Assembly (NCBI GenBank): GCA_003427395.1
Contig: BFEA01000011.1
Coordinates: 2,494,002-2,558,001 of the forward strand
From: Chara braunii
Taxonomy: Eukaryota > Plantae > Charophyceae
Reading direction: 5' to 3'
DNA length: 64,000 bases
Part shown: positions 1 to 13,659 of the stretch, piece by piece
Layout of the letters: each line of letters starts with the position of its first letter
Position numbering within the stretch: the first letter of the stretch is position 1
Made by a program: the position numbers and the translations under genes
Notes under the pieces: generated by a model
The model's database searches: none
What the model was told of the DNA's origin: nothing
What the model saw: only the letters and a program-made list of their open reading frames with translations

Positions 1-693
1 GGGCGTTTTATTCGGGTGAAGATGGTAGTATAGAAAGGTATAGACCTTGCTTTGCCTTGGGGAGAACTCCGCTGGAGCGGGATCCAGCTCACTCCCTGCC
101 TTAAAAAAAAAAACAAAAAAAACTCCGTTTCCTGAAGCTGCGGAAAGTCGCAGGTCCGCCCCCTCCCTTACAAAAAAAAAAGGAAAACACATGGCAAAAT
201 GCAGAGNNNNNNNNNNNNNNNNNNNNNNNNNNNNNNNNNNNNNNNNNNNNNNNNNNNNNNNNNNNNNNNNNNNNNNNNNNNNNNNNNNNNNNNNNNNNNN
301 NNNNNNNNNNNNNNNNNNNNNNNNNNNNNNGGGGGGGCTCTAGGAGGGGGTGGGAAAACCCTTACTGCTGCCTGGCAGGGAGGAGTTGTCGATATTGCCG
401 ACGCACATGCATCCGGAATCGAACTCTTCACCATGGCCGCATTCCGTTTTCCACCAATCACGAGCCTTGAATAAGGACATCCCTGCGCAACTTCGACGAC
501 GACAAGCTCGTTTACAAGCGCCCAGCAGCAGTTCTCAGTGCTCAGTGATGTGAAAGGGACGCTGGACCCGGTTTCCCAGCAGGTGCGGCTCAACAGGTGC
601 GGCTCCCCACCAATCAGAATGGAGCAACCAGAGGAGGATTTACTAGGAGGGGCTGCTCATATTACCTCCTCTAGCACGGCCAGCTGTTTTCTC

Positions 694-725
<32 letters not shown>

Positions 726-2553
726 CCAGCAGCGAGATGTCCTATTCTTCTCTCCTTCGAGACTGCTCATAGGACCTTGTTTGTCCTTTCTTGAATGTCC
801 GTAGCTCCAAATACGAGCAGATGCAGTCGAGAAAGTCCAAGTGTGAAAACGTTCTGAAGTCATAAATGGATATTTGGTTGCATCCATGCAATAGAAGTTC
901 CCACCAATAGATGGACCGTCCCCAAGGGTGCGTGAGGTGGCTGCTCTTCTCAGCACTTCCAGCACCCACAAGGTAGTTGAAAATAAATAAATAAGTAAAA
1001 CTAAATGAAAATAAATGAAAAAAGATGATCTACACAGGACCTATATGAGCACCAGGGAGGGTGTAGTCGAGGAAAATCCAAGTGTGAGAATGTTTCAAGT
1101 TATATGGCCACTTGGTTGCATCGGCGCAGTAGAAGTACCCCGGGGGATGAACCTATCAGCACCTGGGGGGATGCCCACCTCACACGTACTGCTGGGCACA
1201 CCAAGGAAGTTTATCCACATCCGAGAACCTCGCAGTCTGGATGTCGGCCAACATCATCCTGCCTGAATCAATGAACCAGATCAGCCCTTGAGTCAGCAAG
1301 CCACATGCAAATTCTTCTTGACACGTGGGACATCGTTAGTTGCATCCACGTGTCCCACGTGGATCAAGCCTGGCACAAACGGATTGACACGTTGAACGGT
1401 TGCACGGACTCAAGCTGCCCAGCGTTAGTATTGCTGCAGTCGAAAGGAATCTCACATTGAGAGAAAGGTAGGAGAGGAAAGATAAGTGGCTGCTCTTATC
1501 ACCACTATAAGTGAGCCCCCCGGACTTGAAGGTTCAAAAAAGCGAAAAAAAAAAGAAGGAAAAAAAGGGGATCCAAGAAGAGAGGCCTAGAGAATTGATG
1601 GCTCTCGGGCAGCTGCTACCGTCTTAGTATTACCCCGAATAGAACTTACGGTCATTAAAGCTGGCCCAACGTCAAGTCCAGACGCAGCGATAATGACTGC
1701 ACGTTGTATTGAGGTGAAGACGCTAGGGTGGTCAGCCGAACACATGCGAGCGGAGACGGGAGACGAGAAGAAAGGGGGGGGAAAGAAGGGGAAGGAGGGA
1801 GGGGAGGGGAGGGGCCCGGGGGTTGTGAGCTTGAAGGGCAAAACAACCCTTCTTTTCCCCTCGTCTGTGCTAACCAGCGTCTCCCTCTGTGCTAACCAGA
1901 GTCTCCCTTCTTCCTCTCAAGGTAACAGGAGAGTAGCGCCTTGGTGCAGGCCAACCGAATGAAGAGGCAAGAAGGGAGACCCTGGTTATAGCACAGACGA
2001 GGGCATAAAAGGTAGAGGAGAGAATGAATATATATAGCACAGAAAAGTTGAGAAGAGTGGCAGACCGTGAAGGAGCGAAGATAGGATTGGCCAACTGGCA
2101 CCAAGAAAAGGAAGGACATGCAAAATGATGCAAACACGGCTCTATGCCACCTGAGCTAGGTGATGAAACAGTTGCCACGGCGGACATCATCCGACATTCG
2201 ATGGAGGCATGGAACTAAAGCTTGCGGGGCATAACTGTCGCTGCGTCGAATTGAATCGAACAATCTCCCTGCGCCGATAGCGCTCTCTGAGCTGCAGTCG
2301 CAATCGCAGGTTCCTGACTCTCTCAACAGAGGCGCTTGGACATGTCTGTGTGCACTGTCACTTGCGCCCACGCGTGAGCGAGCGGGCGAGAGAGGGACAG
2401 AGAAGGGACACAGAGGGAGCGAGATCGTACTTAGTACCGACGATAGCATGTCTCACACAAAGGAGGGCAACAAAAAGAACCACATCATGAGGATTCGAAT
2501 AGGTCTCGGTCTCGACCTAGATTATGGGCCTACATCACCGCTGTCATGAAATC

Positions 2554-2613
<60 letters not shown>

Positions 2614-2639
2614 GTGTATACGTATATGTGTACGTATGT

Positions 2640-2752
2640 GTATTCATAGACGTATATATATTGAACTGCCCCGTGAACTGTCGGCAGAGAGGGAGGAAAG
2701 GACAAAAGACTGGGGGCTGTGACAGACTGTTCAGTCGGAATTTCACTGATGT
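2640..2752 (-). repeat. Truncated copy (ribozyme 3' half plus tail) of the hammerhead-bearing element
   Basis: Reverse complement tgaaattccgactgaacagtctgtcacagcc...ttgtcctttcctccctctctgcc matches 16370-16470. Flanked by TA-rich repeats. Confidence 0.75.
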
Positions 2753-3480
2753 ATATGTATGTCTACATGTACATGAAATATGTCCATCAATACATCGATA
2801 TAGACATAGCATTTATAGAGAGAAGTCCAATGAATGTGACTGCTTGTTTGCGCCTGCTCAGTCGTAACTGCCTGTTTGCCTGTTTGCGAATGGTAATGGT
2901 ACTGACAAGTTGGTCACATAGGCTGGGACCCAGACCCAGGCCGGGAGGACAACAGGCGCCTATCGCCAGCCAGACCCTCGGCCTCAGAAGAGACAAAAGA
3001 GAGGAGGCTGGTAGCAGAGTCACACTCATGCAGTAGTGTGCGGCAGCCGTGGAGCAGTGCATGCAGCAATTGAGCGCCCATGAGGATGAAGGCAGCACAG
3101 CCAGCATTTGCTCAGGGGAAAGCAGGGGGTCACATGCGTTGGATGAAGGTGGCTGCCTGTGTGCACCTGCCATAGTTAGGGCGGGGCGGAGCTGGGAGAG
3201 GGTAGCGAGTGTGGGAGAGGATCCATGAGGGGATCCCTGAACTAGGAGCACAGTGGGAACTGGCCCGTACTCATGGTGTTGGCCGAGGGAGGACTCTATG
3301 TGATCAGACTGCATAGCAACATCTGGCAAGAGGGGCTATTCCTTCCTCCCTTCCATCCCTATCCTGGGGTTAACCCATGGAGTAAGATTTCCCCGCGGTG
3401 CTTGGACGTGGGTGGAGGCTGGTGCTAAGACATATAGGAAAGGCGGGTACCATAGGGTATAATTGAGCGAAGAATATAGC

Positions 3481-3632
3481 TTTTTTTTTCCTTTTTTCGT
3501 TTTTTGGTAAACAGGTCCTTATGGTCCTGGCTCCATATCATTCTGGGGAGAGCCAGTCTGGTTCCTATTCCCCCGGCAAGTCAGAATAACAATATTACAT
3601 AATTGCACACACACACGCCCCCTTCTGTTTGG
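3481..3632 (-). mobile_element. LINE-type 3' tail with degenerate poly(A)
   Basis: T-rich tract at 3481-3505 followed by the ...cattctggggag...ttcccccggcaagtc motif. Closest to the LINE end at 41285-41400. Confidence 0.75.
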
Positions 3633-4660
3633 GCATTGCGAGGAGGTATGACCATCCTGGCGGCAACGGATACAACCTCGACGGGCGATGGTGGCACGCT
3701 CATCAGGAGTTAGAGCTCCACGAGGAGGGACAAAACCCTGCGGGAAGTCCACCTGAGGAATAACGAACGTGCGGGCACCAGGCTGTGTGGACCTGCTGTG
3801 AGCACAACCCATAGCGGATAGGGTCATTCGCAAGCGATCACCAGGGGTGGTCGTCTCGTCATCAAAATGGTACCAGATGACTTCCATAAGCTCTATGCCC
3901 TCAGGGGCAGCCACAAGGGTAGGGTCGAGCTCGGTCGTAGGGTCATCATCGTACTCGAGCGCACTGTAGCGCCAAGATAATGGTGCTCTAGTCTGAGTTG
4001 GGCGGCGGTAGCGACCAGCGAAAGAGGAACGGCCTTGGGTGGTGCCACGTGACTGAGTGGTGGCGGCAGGCTGCGCAGAGGGCGAGGCGGTGGAGAAACG
4101 ACTACACATCCTCTGAAACTGGCGAGCACCATCGTACGCTTGCTCTGCCGACGAGAACGCCCGCCTCCACAATCCCAATCGGTAGTCAGCCAGAAGACTG
4201 TAAAGAAATCGGTCAACGATAATGACCTCTGCGAGAAATGTGTCATCACACGTGAGGCAGGCGTCCTGAAACACCCGGATGTGATGCTCTAAGTCACTCA
4301 CGACACTAGACCTTGATTATCTCGTCTGGGTGATACGGGTCAGAGCATCGATGGCGTCATATTGAGCACCGAAGAGGTCATGAAAAAGGGTTGTGAAATC
4401 CGCAAAGGTGTGGACCTTACCCGTGCGCCGACGATGAGCCTAATAGCTTTCCCACGTGGAGGAAGGGTTGCTATGCAATTTGGTTGCGAGCACATCGCAC
4501 TACATCTCCTAGGGGTAATTGTCAAAGTCAGTGTGCGGGTGGCTATTTGCAGCCCCTGCGACACACAGTGTACCATCGTAATCGGGTATATCCGACAGAC
4601 ACACAAGGGGGGGTCCGTTTTGCTGACAGCGAGGGGAGAGTGGCTAAGGTGCCTGCACTG
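3600..4660 (-). pseudogene. Ty3/gypsy-type gag remnant (Retrotrans_gag region plus CCHC zinc knuckle)
   Basis: IPDYDG...TWESY...TFADFTTLFHDLF...ALTRITQ with in-frame stops, then ORF 3519-4301 containing CIRCRQDGHTSSQC. A Pro/Ser/Thr-rich decayed region extends to about 5800. Confidence 0.7.
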
Positions 4661-7600
4661 TGGCAGCAAAGGTCGGGGTCAGTGTAAGGGTGAGAGTGGG
4701 AGCAGACTGTGGACCGTAGCCGCTAGCAAGGGGGCCAATATATATGGAAGCGACGGCCGCAGGCAGCTGTGACGAAGTGGCGAGGTAAGAAGGGAGAGCA
4801 GGGGGAGTAGGTCGGGGAAGTGAGCCTGCATGCTAGAAGTGGAAGGGGTGGTAAACGAGGAAGAAAAATGAGCAAATTGAGAGGGGTGAGGCTTTCGCAA
4901 AGTAAGAATCTTCGCCATCTCCGCCATTTCCGCCTAAGCCTACGCAATGGTGGCCTGCAGATTAGCCACGCGCTGGGTGCGCAGGGTCGGAGGTGTAGGG
5001 GTCAGAGAGGGTACCATAACGGGGGGAGGAGTCACGGACTGAAGGGTGTGCTCTGAGTCGTAATGCAACGGCTGGTGCGAAGAGTTGTAAAGCAGCAACG
5101 GGATGAGTAGATGAGTCTGCTTGGCGAGATAACGGTATCTGCCAGGCAGTGCCTACGACAATTGTCGAAGCGGTGGGAGCGACGGGGGCCGATAGAGGTG
5201 TCGCAACAGACGGGGTGCTCTGAGTGGCAGTGACACTCACCACTGCTGCGGATGAGTATTGGGCTTGGGCCACAGAGGAGGGGGAACCACCACGTCTCCG
5301 TGTCTGGAGTCGTGGGGAACCAGACTGAGAGCCGATAGGGGATGGAGTATGAGAGCAGTGAGAGGAACGATGAGGAGATCCCTTAAGGCGGTTTATGTCA
5401 AGGGCGAGCGCATTGAGTTGCGTTTGTATGGGTCCAAGCGCATTCAGGTGCGCTTACATTGATGCGAGGAGGGCTGCGAGGACGGTCTCAAGGTCCATAG
5501 GGGCCTAACAGAGAACGGTTGGCTGAATGGGTGCCTGAGAGGTGGATGGTGCCGCAACAATCTCCTCGGATGTACTCTCGTCCATGTGCGGTGGATGAAT
5601 GGGGGTAGACATGGCAGGAGGTGGAGAAAAAAGTGGGGAAAAAATTGGGCTAGTGTGTGGAGAAAGAGACTCGCCAGTGATAAGGAGGAGGCCGTGGGAG
5701 CGGAATGGGTAGTCATGAGTCGGCGTGCTCCATGACTAGCGGGCCGTGCACGAGAGGGTGGGCGAAGCCGGTTGAGGGGAGAGGATCCGTTTGAGTTCAG
5801 GGCGCCCAACGGGAGGAGGCGGGAGAGGAGGGGGTTAGGAGAAACAGTAAACCCTAGAAAAACCCTAAGAAAACCCTAACCGGGTTTTGGGGGGGGATTA
5901 GGGTGGAGTAGCAGCAACCTAATCAAGGAGAAAGAGTAACAACCATGTAGGTGAGGGGGAAGGAAAAATAAATAAATAGTAAAAATTTGAGATAAAATAA
6001 ATAAATAAATAAATAAGTTAGGCTGCCAGCCGGGCCACCCGGGTCGTGGGTGGCCAGCCTGTGCAAGGACCATGGAAGGTCCCGACAAAAAAATAATAAT
6101 AATAAAAGAATTCAAAAACTCCACTAAAAAACTATGTTATGCAGAAAAATAAACGTAACAACTTTTACCTCAGAGTCACATCGAAATTTTTCATCAAATT
6201 TAAAATAAAAAATAAATTTTAATATATATATATTTTAAGTGTTTTTGGTCCGGCCGGGCAAGTGACCCCGGGCCACTCTGGTAGCCTAGTAAATAAGATA
6301 AAATGAGTAAAGATATAAGCAAAGGGTGAGGATAAAATAAATATTTTTTAAAATTTTCGACAACATTTCCTCACCCCCCATGGGATAAAAAATGTCCCAA
6401 GAGAAAGGAAAGGGCTAAGAAACATACTAATTTTTAAAATGTCGCAAACTAAGATTTTCAAAAAAATAAATAAATAAATGAGTCGGTGGAGGAGAGTAAA
6501 GACAAAACTAAGTTTTGAAATTTTCAAAACTTTTGACAACATTTTGTTATCCCCATGGGGTCGAAATGTGCAATAAAAAAAATGACTAAGTAAAATGGGA
6601 AGGGGTCAAAATGTGTTGGAAGAAGAGAGTAGGGAGAAAAAACAAATTTTGGCAGTACTCCATTACCCCTAAGGGGTCAAAATGTGCAGAAATGACTAAA
6701 TTCTAACAAGATATAGAGGTGGCGCAGAAAAATTCAAACTTTTAGAATTAAAAAAAATAAAAATAAATTTAAAAATAATAAAAGAAGTAGGCAAAAAATA
6801 ATTTGAATTTTTCCAAAAAAACTTAGAAAAGAAAAAAATTAAATCAAAGAGAAAAACAAAAAAGTAAGAAAAAAAAAAAAACATTGAAGTTTGAGGAAGG
6901 GGGGCGAAATAAAAATGTGATGAGGAAAGAGAGAAATAAGTGAGAAAGAGAAAAGATTTAAGTGGTAGGTGAGATAGATTATGAGGTTGTAGTTGAGGGG
7001 AAGAAAGGAGGAGAGGAGAGTGGTTGGATGAAAGAAAAAACTATGAAAAAGGTAAAGAAAAGAGTGAGAGATTAGTAAAAGAGAGTGAGTGAAGAAAAAA
7101 GGAGAAAAAAATATGGTGGAAAATGAAAGAAGAATGAAAGACAAGGAGAGTCGTGAAAAGGTGGGGAGAGAACTGAAGAAAAGAGGAGAGGAGAGTGAGT
7201 AAGGGTGAGAGATTAGTGACAGAGTTATAAAAAAATGACGAGGAGAGAGAAGGAAAAGGGATGTAGGGAGTTGATTAGTGTGATACCGAGCTCTTGGGTG
7301 CCCAAGAGCAGAAAAATCACAAAGATCCAATGAATCTTGACCTTTAAGCAACCCCTTGGAAGAAGGGGGTCGTCAACTGCTGCAAAAAATTATCAGCAAG
7401 GCATGAAGGTTTGATCAAACTGATGAGATCTACCAAATACATGGTTTGAGAAAAAAATTGATATCCTAAACGGATACTCTTCACTTGTAGTACAACCCCC
7501 TATCCAAGGGAGTCTCATTTTTTGCAAATTGTCCTTGAGGCAGTTGGGTCCGATCATACTTGATCAGATCTGCAGAAAATTAACAATAAGAATGATCTCC

Positions 7601-9164
7601 TATTGTAGAGCAGCCCCCTAGCCAGGGGGGTCTTCAAGTCCTGCCACGTGGCACTCTAGGAATGGTCATGGGGAAAGAAATGGGAGATAAGGGATTTACT
7701 ATTTAGTTTTTTGCCAATAATTTTTATTTCGCTGGGCAGATTTTGACAGAAAATATGTTGTTGGAAAAAATTTTGAAAGACGCTACCAACGAGATATGGC
7801 ACGACTTCGGCTGCGACCTATAGCAATAACGCTCGTCAAAAAACGAGTGCGTGCAGTTTTGGAGCGGTGAAAAACATTCGATTTTTGAACGATCGTAGCT
7901 CCAAAACTAACACACAAAAGTTGACAATTTATAGCTTGTTGGAAGTGACTCATTGAGAGCATTTCCAATAAGCCAAAGATAAGAAATTTTGGACACCGAA
8001 TGCAAAAGTAATGACGAAAGATGAGCATCATCGTCATAATAAAAATGAAGCGGTGAACTCTTATGCTCGAGCCACCTGAGAAATGATGGGGGGGTTGGGT
8101 GGGGGAGATTAAACCAATGTAACGGACACTGTCTGGATAGCAGTTCCCGTTTGTCTGTGGAGAAGGAAGGAAGGAGGAAGAAGGTGGAGATGGAGATGGA
8201 GCTGAAAGGCAGAGAGACACCACCACCAAGGACTCAACACTCACATACTCCAAGAATGTGCAAATGACGAAATGAATGAACAAACAGACTGCAGTTGGGG
8301 TATACCCACTGATTGGACTGGAGTGGCTCGGACTAGTATCGACAGCAGTATCGGGCAAGGGTAGGCTGGACTCAATGAATACATGGTCTGTGGGATCAGG
8401 CCACGACTTGGTCTCATAGGTCGAACATGCAAAATAGCCAAATAGCCCTGGTTCTAGGCCAGGGCAGCCAGAGACACGCTGCAATCCCTCTCAGGTTTTT
8501 CTGCGGAGGTCTGTCAGCTTAACATTAATGCAAGGAAAACATAGATCAGCAAATGGTGTAGCCCTGAACCACCTTATGTGGCTCTGAAGTATTGTTGTTC
8601 AGACCGGGTACGTGTTAGAGGTGGTAGGCTACGTAGTAAGAGTAGGTTGAGTAGGAGATTGGTATAGGCGATCAAATTATAATGGGGTTGCCACATTGTT
8701 GTCATATTGATTGTTGGAGGCGCAAAAATGACTTTCATTGTCAAAAGACTTCACTGCTCAACATATTCTTTATTCGGTGTGAACTCGCCTTTGCCATTCT
8801 GCTTTCAACTCGACTTATTTATTATTGTTGCGTCGATTTTTCAGCACGTGCTGCTCCCACGAATAAATTGAAGCATTTTGTCTCTCCCCCCCCCAAAAAA
8901 AAAAAAACAGGAAACTATGCAGCAATCATAAAAAAAGTTTGAAAATACACTATGGGTAAAAAAAAGTTTGAACAACGTATACAAGCCAACTTTATCGTCA
9001 GGTAGGGTTACATGGGGGTGTGTTGTGTTCTGGGGAATGCCCAAAGTGTAATTTCGAACTGTTTTTGTAACTGCACTGAAGTTACCCCTAAAATATATAT
9101 ATATACATCAATATATATATATATATCGTCATATATATATATATCAATATATATATATACATGG

Positions 9165-10630
9165 GTGAACTTCCTTGAAGTCACAAAAATGAGTTATAAT
9201 TGGACTATGGGGCAAGATACAGTTTCCAATTACACTTCAAGCACCCTACCTGGCTAGAAAGTTGAGTTATATACATTGCCTGAACTGAAATTAACAACCA
9301 TTTTGTCAAAATGGACATCTTTTACTTTTTGAACGAAATTGAAATCGAGTTTTTTGATCGAAAACTCGTCTCGTCAAATTTCTATGTATCTTTTTAACGC
9401 AGAACGGGGGAATTAAACTCCCGTTGAATCCCGTTAAACTCCAAAAAATCCCGCTGAATTCGCGTTAAACGCGAAAATGGGCCGCTCCCGCGCTTTTCGG
9501 AAAAACGGAATTGATGCGCGGGGTCCGGAACACGTCGCCCTAGGCAAAAAAAAAAAAAAAAAAATCCCCCAATCCCTGAAGCACCTCCCATCCGCCCCCA
9601 CATCCCCTAACCCCCAACGCCCAGTTATGTGTGTGTAGCTGTGCTGTGTGTGCGCGTATCTGTGTATGTGTGTGTCTGCTGTGAGAGTGTGTCTGTGCAT
9701 GAATATGAATGTATGCGCGTGTGTTTGTGTATGTGTGTGTTTGTAAGTGTGTGTGTGTGTCTGTGCTTGTAAGTGTATGTGTGTGTTTGTAAGTGTGTGT
9801 GTGTANGTATGCGCGTGTGTTTGTGTATGTGTGTGTTTGTAAGTGTGTGTGTGTGTCTGTGCTTGTAAGTGTATGTGTGTGTTTGTAAGTGTGTGTGTGT
9901 ATGTATTTGTGTGTGTTTGTGTATGTGTGTGTTTGTAAGTGTGTGTGTGTATGTGTGTGTTTGTAAGTGTGTGTGTGTGTGTAAGTGTAAGTGTGTCTGT
10001 GCCTGCGCGTGAGAGTGTGTCTCGCCTTACTCACAACCTCGTTCCCCAACACACAGATTCCACTTGCACCCAAGGACCACCCTGCGCCACACCCAGCTTA
10101 CAGCAGCGCAGCTGGGCTATGGCTGCCTGCTCCTTCCTGCTCGCCCGTGAGCGCGTGAGTGGCACGAGCTACAGCGCGGCAGCGCTTACGCAACATGCAG
10201 CCAGCACCTGAATGTCCAATGTGGAGGCAGACCCTTTGCTATATCGAAGTGGCCTGCCTGTGTTCAGTCCCAGGAAGCTTCCAGTAGGCCCCGGTAGCCT
10301 GAGGCACAACACGAANNAGAANAGGCCTTGGGCCTGAGGTGCCTTTGGCCTGTGTTTGGCCCAGTACCTGTATCCAGCCCAGGGCCTGCTTTCCATCCAT
10401 TCACAAAGGCGGCCCAGGACCTGGGTTCCCTCAACCAACTGACACCAGACTCATGCAACCTGCTACAGGCCCAATTTTGTGTGTTTGTGTGTCTTTTTTT
10501 CCTTTTTTCAATTTGCTTTTTATGGTTTTGATTTTTTTTAAAATACACGAAGTTCCAAAAAATAAAATAAAAAATAAATTGTTGTACATCTTTAAAAGAT
10601 CTACAACCCTATATTTTTTATTTATTTTTT
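9165..10630 (+). repeat. Dispersed repeat (possible DNA-transposon end) shared with 16665-17050; contains a long GT-rich compound microsatellite
   Basis: gtcacaaaaat.agttataattg.actatggg.caagatacagtttccaatta and aaatgga.atcttttactttttgaacgaaattgaaatcgagtttt occur in both copies. Both begin right after (TA)n. Confidence 0.55.
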
Positions 10631-11849
10631 TGTCGCTCGGCCCGCCCGAGGGAACTGAGATATTGGCATGTGGCGCTTGCGCGTGGGAGCAAAGACAAAG
10701 AGGAGCAAAGACAAAAAATGGTTGGCGACGATCTCACACGCGTATGAGGCACGGGGCACACTCATGCATGCAAGCAGACGTCCAAGATCCAATGACCCCA
10801 GCCTCCCAGGGAGCACACCCATTTGCACAACGGCAACAAAGACTATCATCCAGTCGTTTCACATCCATACATCCGCAAAACTTCCGATAGTAAAGCATTG
10901 AACATCAATTGACACTCATGTACGCGACTGAGTATCCACACTTAGTCTAGGACACACACGATACGTGGGCAAAGCAGGGATGGAGAAGAAGCCACTCCCT
11001 CACTGTTCAAAAATTGCAACAGTGTTGGCACTCCGCGTGCACATCCACCAACCCAACCAAACGCCAACCGAACATAGCCACAAGGCCCTTCCGCTGGCTG
11101 CGTTCTCGTATCCACCACGGCTTAGTCCCCCCGACTGCCTTGCCCTCGAGTCGACCGCTAATTCCACCCCACGCCGTCACTCCGCCCGTTCCTTGGGCGC
11201 ATGTGTTCGGCGCCACGGTCTTCGCGCATAGCTCGCACAGCATTGCAGCGGGGATCAAAGAGTGTGAGAGGAAGGGACTGCACAAATGTATAGCATGGAA
11301 GGTAGCGGGGTACCAGCTTTTAAGACGGGTGGCGACGGGTGTAGATGAGCAGGACAGATGGAAGAAGGTTCTTGAAGGTCAAGTGAGACGGGACACTTTG
11401 AAAATTTTGTGCAGTTGTGGTGGTCGTTCAATCCGTGCGTGGAAGTTTACTCTTGCGGCTTGATCCGACCAAGCCAAGTGACGACCAATCAACCATGCAG
11501 AAGGATCAAGAAAGGGATCAGAAAAAAATGGTTTGGAGGGACATTCAATTAAAACGAGTCACACACTAAGCATAATAGCCTACGATATTTGCATAAAATG
11601 ATGTTTATAAAAGAATCTACAAAAATTAATACTAATTATTTCTTTAATTTTTTCAAAAAAATATATATATATGTATAAATGTATATATATTTATATAATA
11701 TGGAAAGAGTATGGTTTACTAACGGCAAAAGATATTCTACTCGTCGAATCTTTACAGATCCTTGGATTACTCATAGACCTCAAAATTTGCAAAATATTAT
11801 GTGGATTTACAAGGATCCTTTTTTTTATAAAACTTAAAATAGATTAACT

Positions 11850-12050
11850 TTATCTGTAGAAGAAAAGTGGATTTTTTATAAAAAATTGCAAGCTTTACCT
11901 CGTAATAGTGCGGGTACTCGAATAAAAAATATATGTTTTGTAACTGGAAGATCGAAAGCTTATTATAGAGACTTTGGAATATCTCGTCATACATTTCGGG
12001 AGATGGCTCATGCTTGTTTATTACCTGAACTTACTAAATCAAGTTGGTAA
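11850..12050 (+). pseudogene. rps14: Plastid rps14 3' fragment (NUPT)
   Basis: [66 protein letters not shown]. Confidence 0.92.
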
Positions 12051-12571
12051 AAAAATTTAAAAAAAAACTACATAAAAAATACTTACAGATATTTCAATAG
12101 AATTATTTAATAATATATATTAATATAATAATTTNTATTCAATANATATAAATATCCAAATATTATTNATATAATTNAAATAGATAAAAAAATATATCAA
12201 AATTAGNATTGAGAGAATAAATAAAGATTAGATATCATAATAATTATCAATCTATCCTCTATGATAGATTGATAATTATTTCTTTAGCGTTTATACAAAA
12301 ATCCATACAAATTAAATTCATTTAACAAAAATAGGAATAAGTTTATTGCGGAGAAGTTTCTTCTATTTCTATAAACTTCATTGTACATATTTATTATATT
12401 GATTTTATATTGAATATTAATATTGAGAACATATAGAATCTATGATTATAATATTGTCTATACAATATTATTCTATATGTTATGAAACATACATGGTATG
12501 ATCTTTTTTGATCACTCTTATGACTTATAAAACATTGAATTTTTGTAGTCAATATATGAAGAACTTTATAT

Positions 12572-12673
12572 ACGAACATAGAAGTGATTGCACAGCTTGC
12601 TACTCTTGCTTTAATTATAGTATTAGGTCCTTTAGTGATTGGTCTTTTAGCAGCGCGTAAAGGAAACCTTTAA
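12572..12673 (+). pseudogene. psb30: Plastid psb30 (ycf12), full length but with ACG at the start position (NUPT)
   Basis: (ACG)[32 protein letters not shown]; 34 codons including stop. Confidence 0.9.
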
Positions 12674-12956
12674 ACGAGAATCTTCAAAAAGAAACTCCAT
12701 GAATAGAATAATAAATGATAGAGAATAGAATTTGTTTATCTACATAAAAGCACATGTCATCTATACTATTTATTCGAATCTAGATTATTACTATTACATT
12801 ACGATACAATAGAATATTACGATANAGTAATTATATTACGAGAATATAATACGACAATATAGATATAAGAATAAATAAGAAAAAGCAAAAATAAAAAATA
12901 TTAAATACAATCGAAATACTAATAATCGAAATAATAATTAGATCAAGAAATTGGAT

Positions 12957-13064
12957 TATAGCACATAAAAGAGCTGCACTTAAAACTCCAGCAACACCCA
13001 TCATATGAAAAGGATTTAAGGTCCAATTATGGAAACCTTGAAAGAAAAGAATAAATCGAAAAAT
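12957..13064 (-). pseudogene. psbD: Plastid psbD internal fragment (NUPT)
   Basis: [36 protein letters not shown]. Confidence 0.93.
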
Positions 13065-13485
13065 AACATATATCGATCAAAAATCGATATATGTTTATTG
13101 GTGATTATAAATCAATATATAAAGTTTCAATAGTCTAAATTCAAAGAGGTATTTTTTTTATGTCAAAACTTATTCTCTCTATTATTTTTTGCATTGAAAA
13201 TCATTCTCTTTTCATTTTTTTCATTCTCATTCACTTAATTCTCTATAATATACTACATGTAATTTATACTACATATGTAATTTATAATACATATAATGTT
13301 CTATTAAATGCAATATAGCATGAGATGATATCGCTTTTGATAAAAGCGAAGGGGGTGAAATTATATGCCCCCAAATTCGCATCATAGATAAATACAAAAG
13401 TGGACGTTGAAAATAAGGATATAAAGTTAAAGATAAAACTCGAATTATTTTTTCATTTAATCCAAACCATAGGAAAACTTAAAAT

Positions 13486-13659
13486 TCAGAATCCATTAAG
13501 AAACATTGCACTTGGTGCAGTAGTTGCACCTATCCAAGATACTTTACTCTTCAAGTCGATGAGAATATGAGTTAAAATAAGACTCCAACATAAAGAGATA
13601 GATGATTCGTAAAGATTGCTTAAAGAAAGATGCCCTATTGTAATCCATCGTGAAAGGAA
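13486..13659 (-). pseudogene. ccsA: Plastid ccsA internal fragment (NUPT)
   Basis: FLSRWITIGHLSLSNLYESSISLCWSL...IGATTAPSAMFLNGF, matching the CcsA RW..GHxPLSNLYES motif. Confidence 0.88.

Noticed and set aside
7420-7445. Additional hammerhead at ctgatgagatc (also at 41705, minus strand)
   Set aside because: No stem II followed by GAAA.
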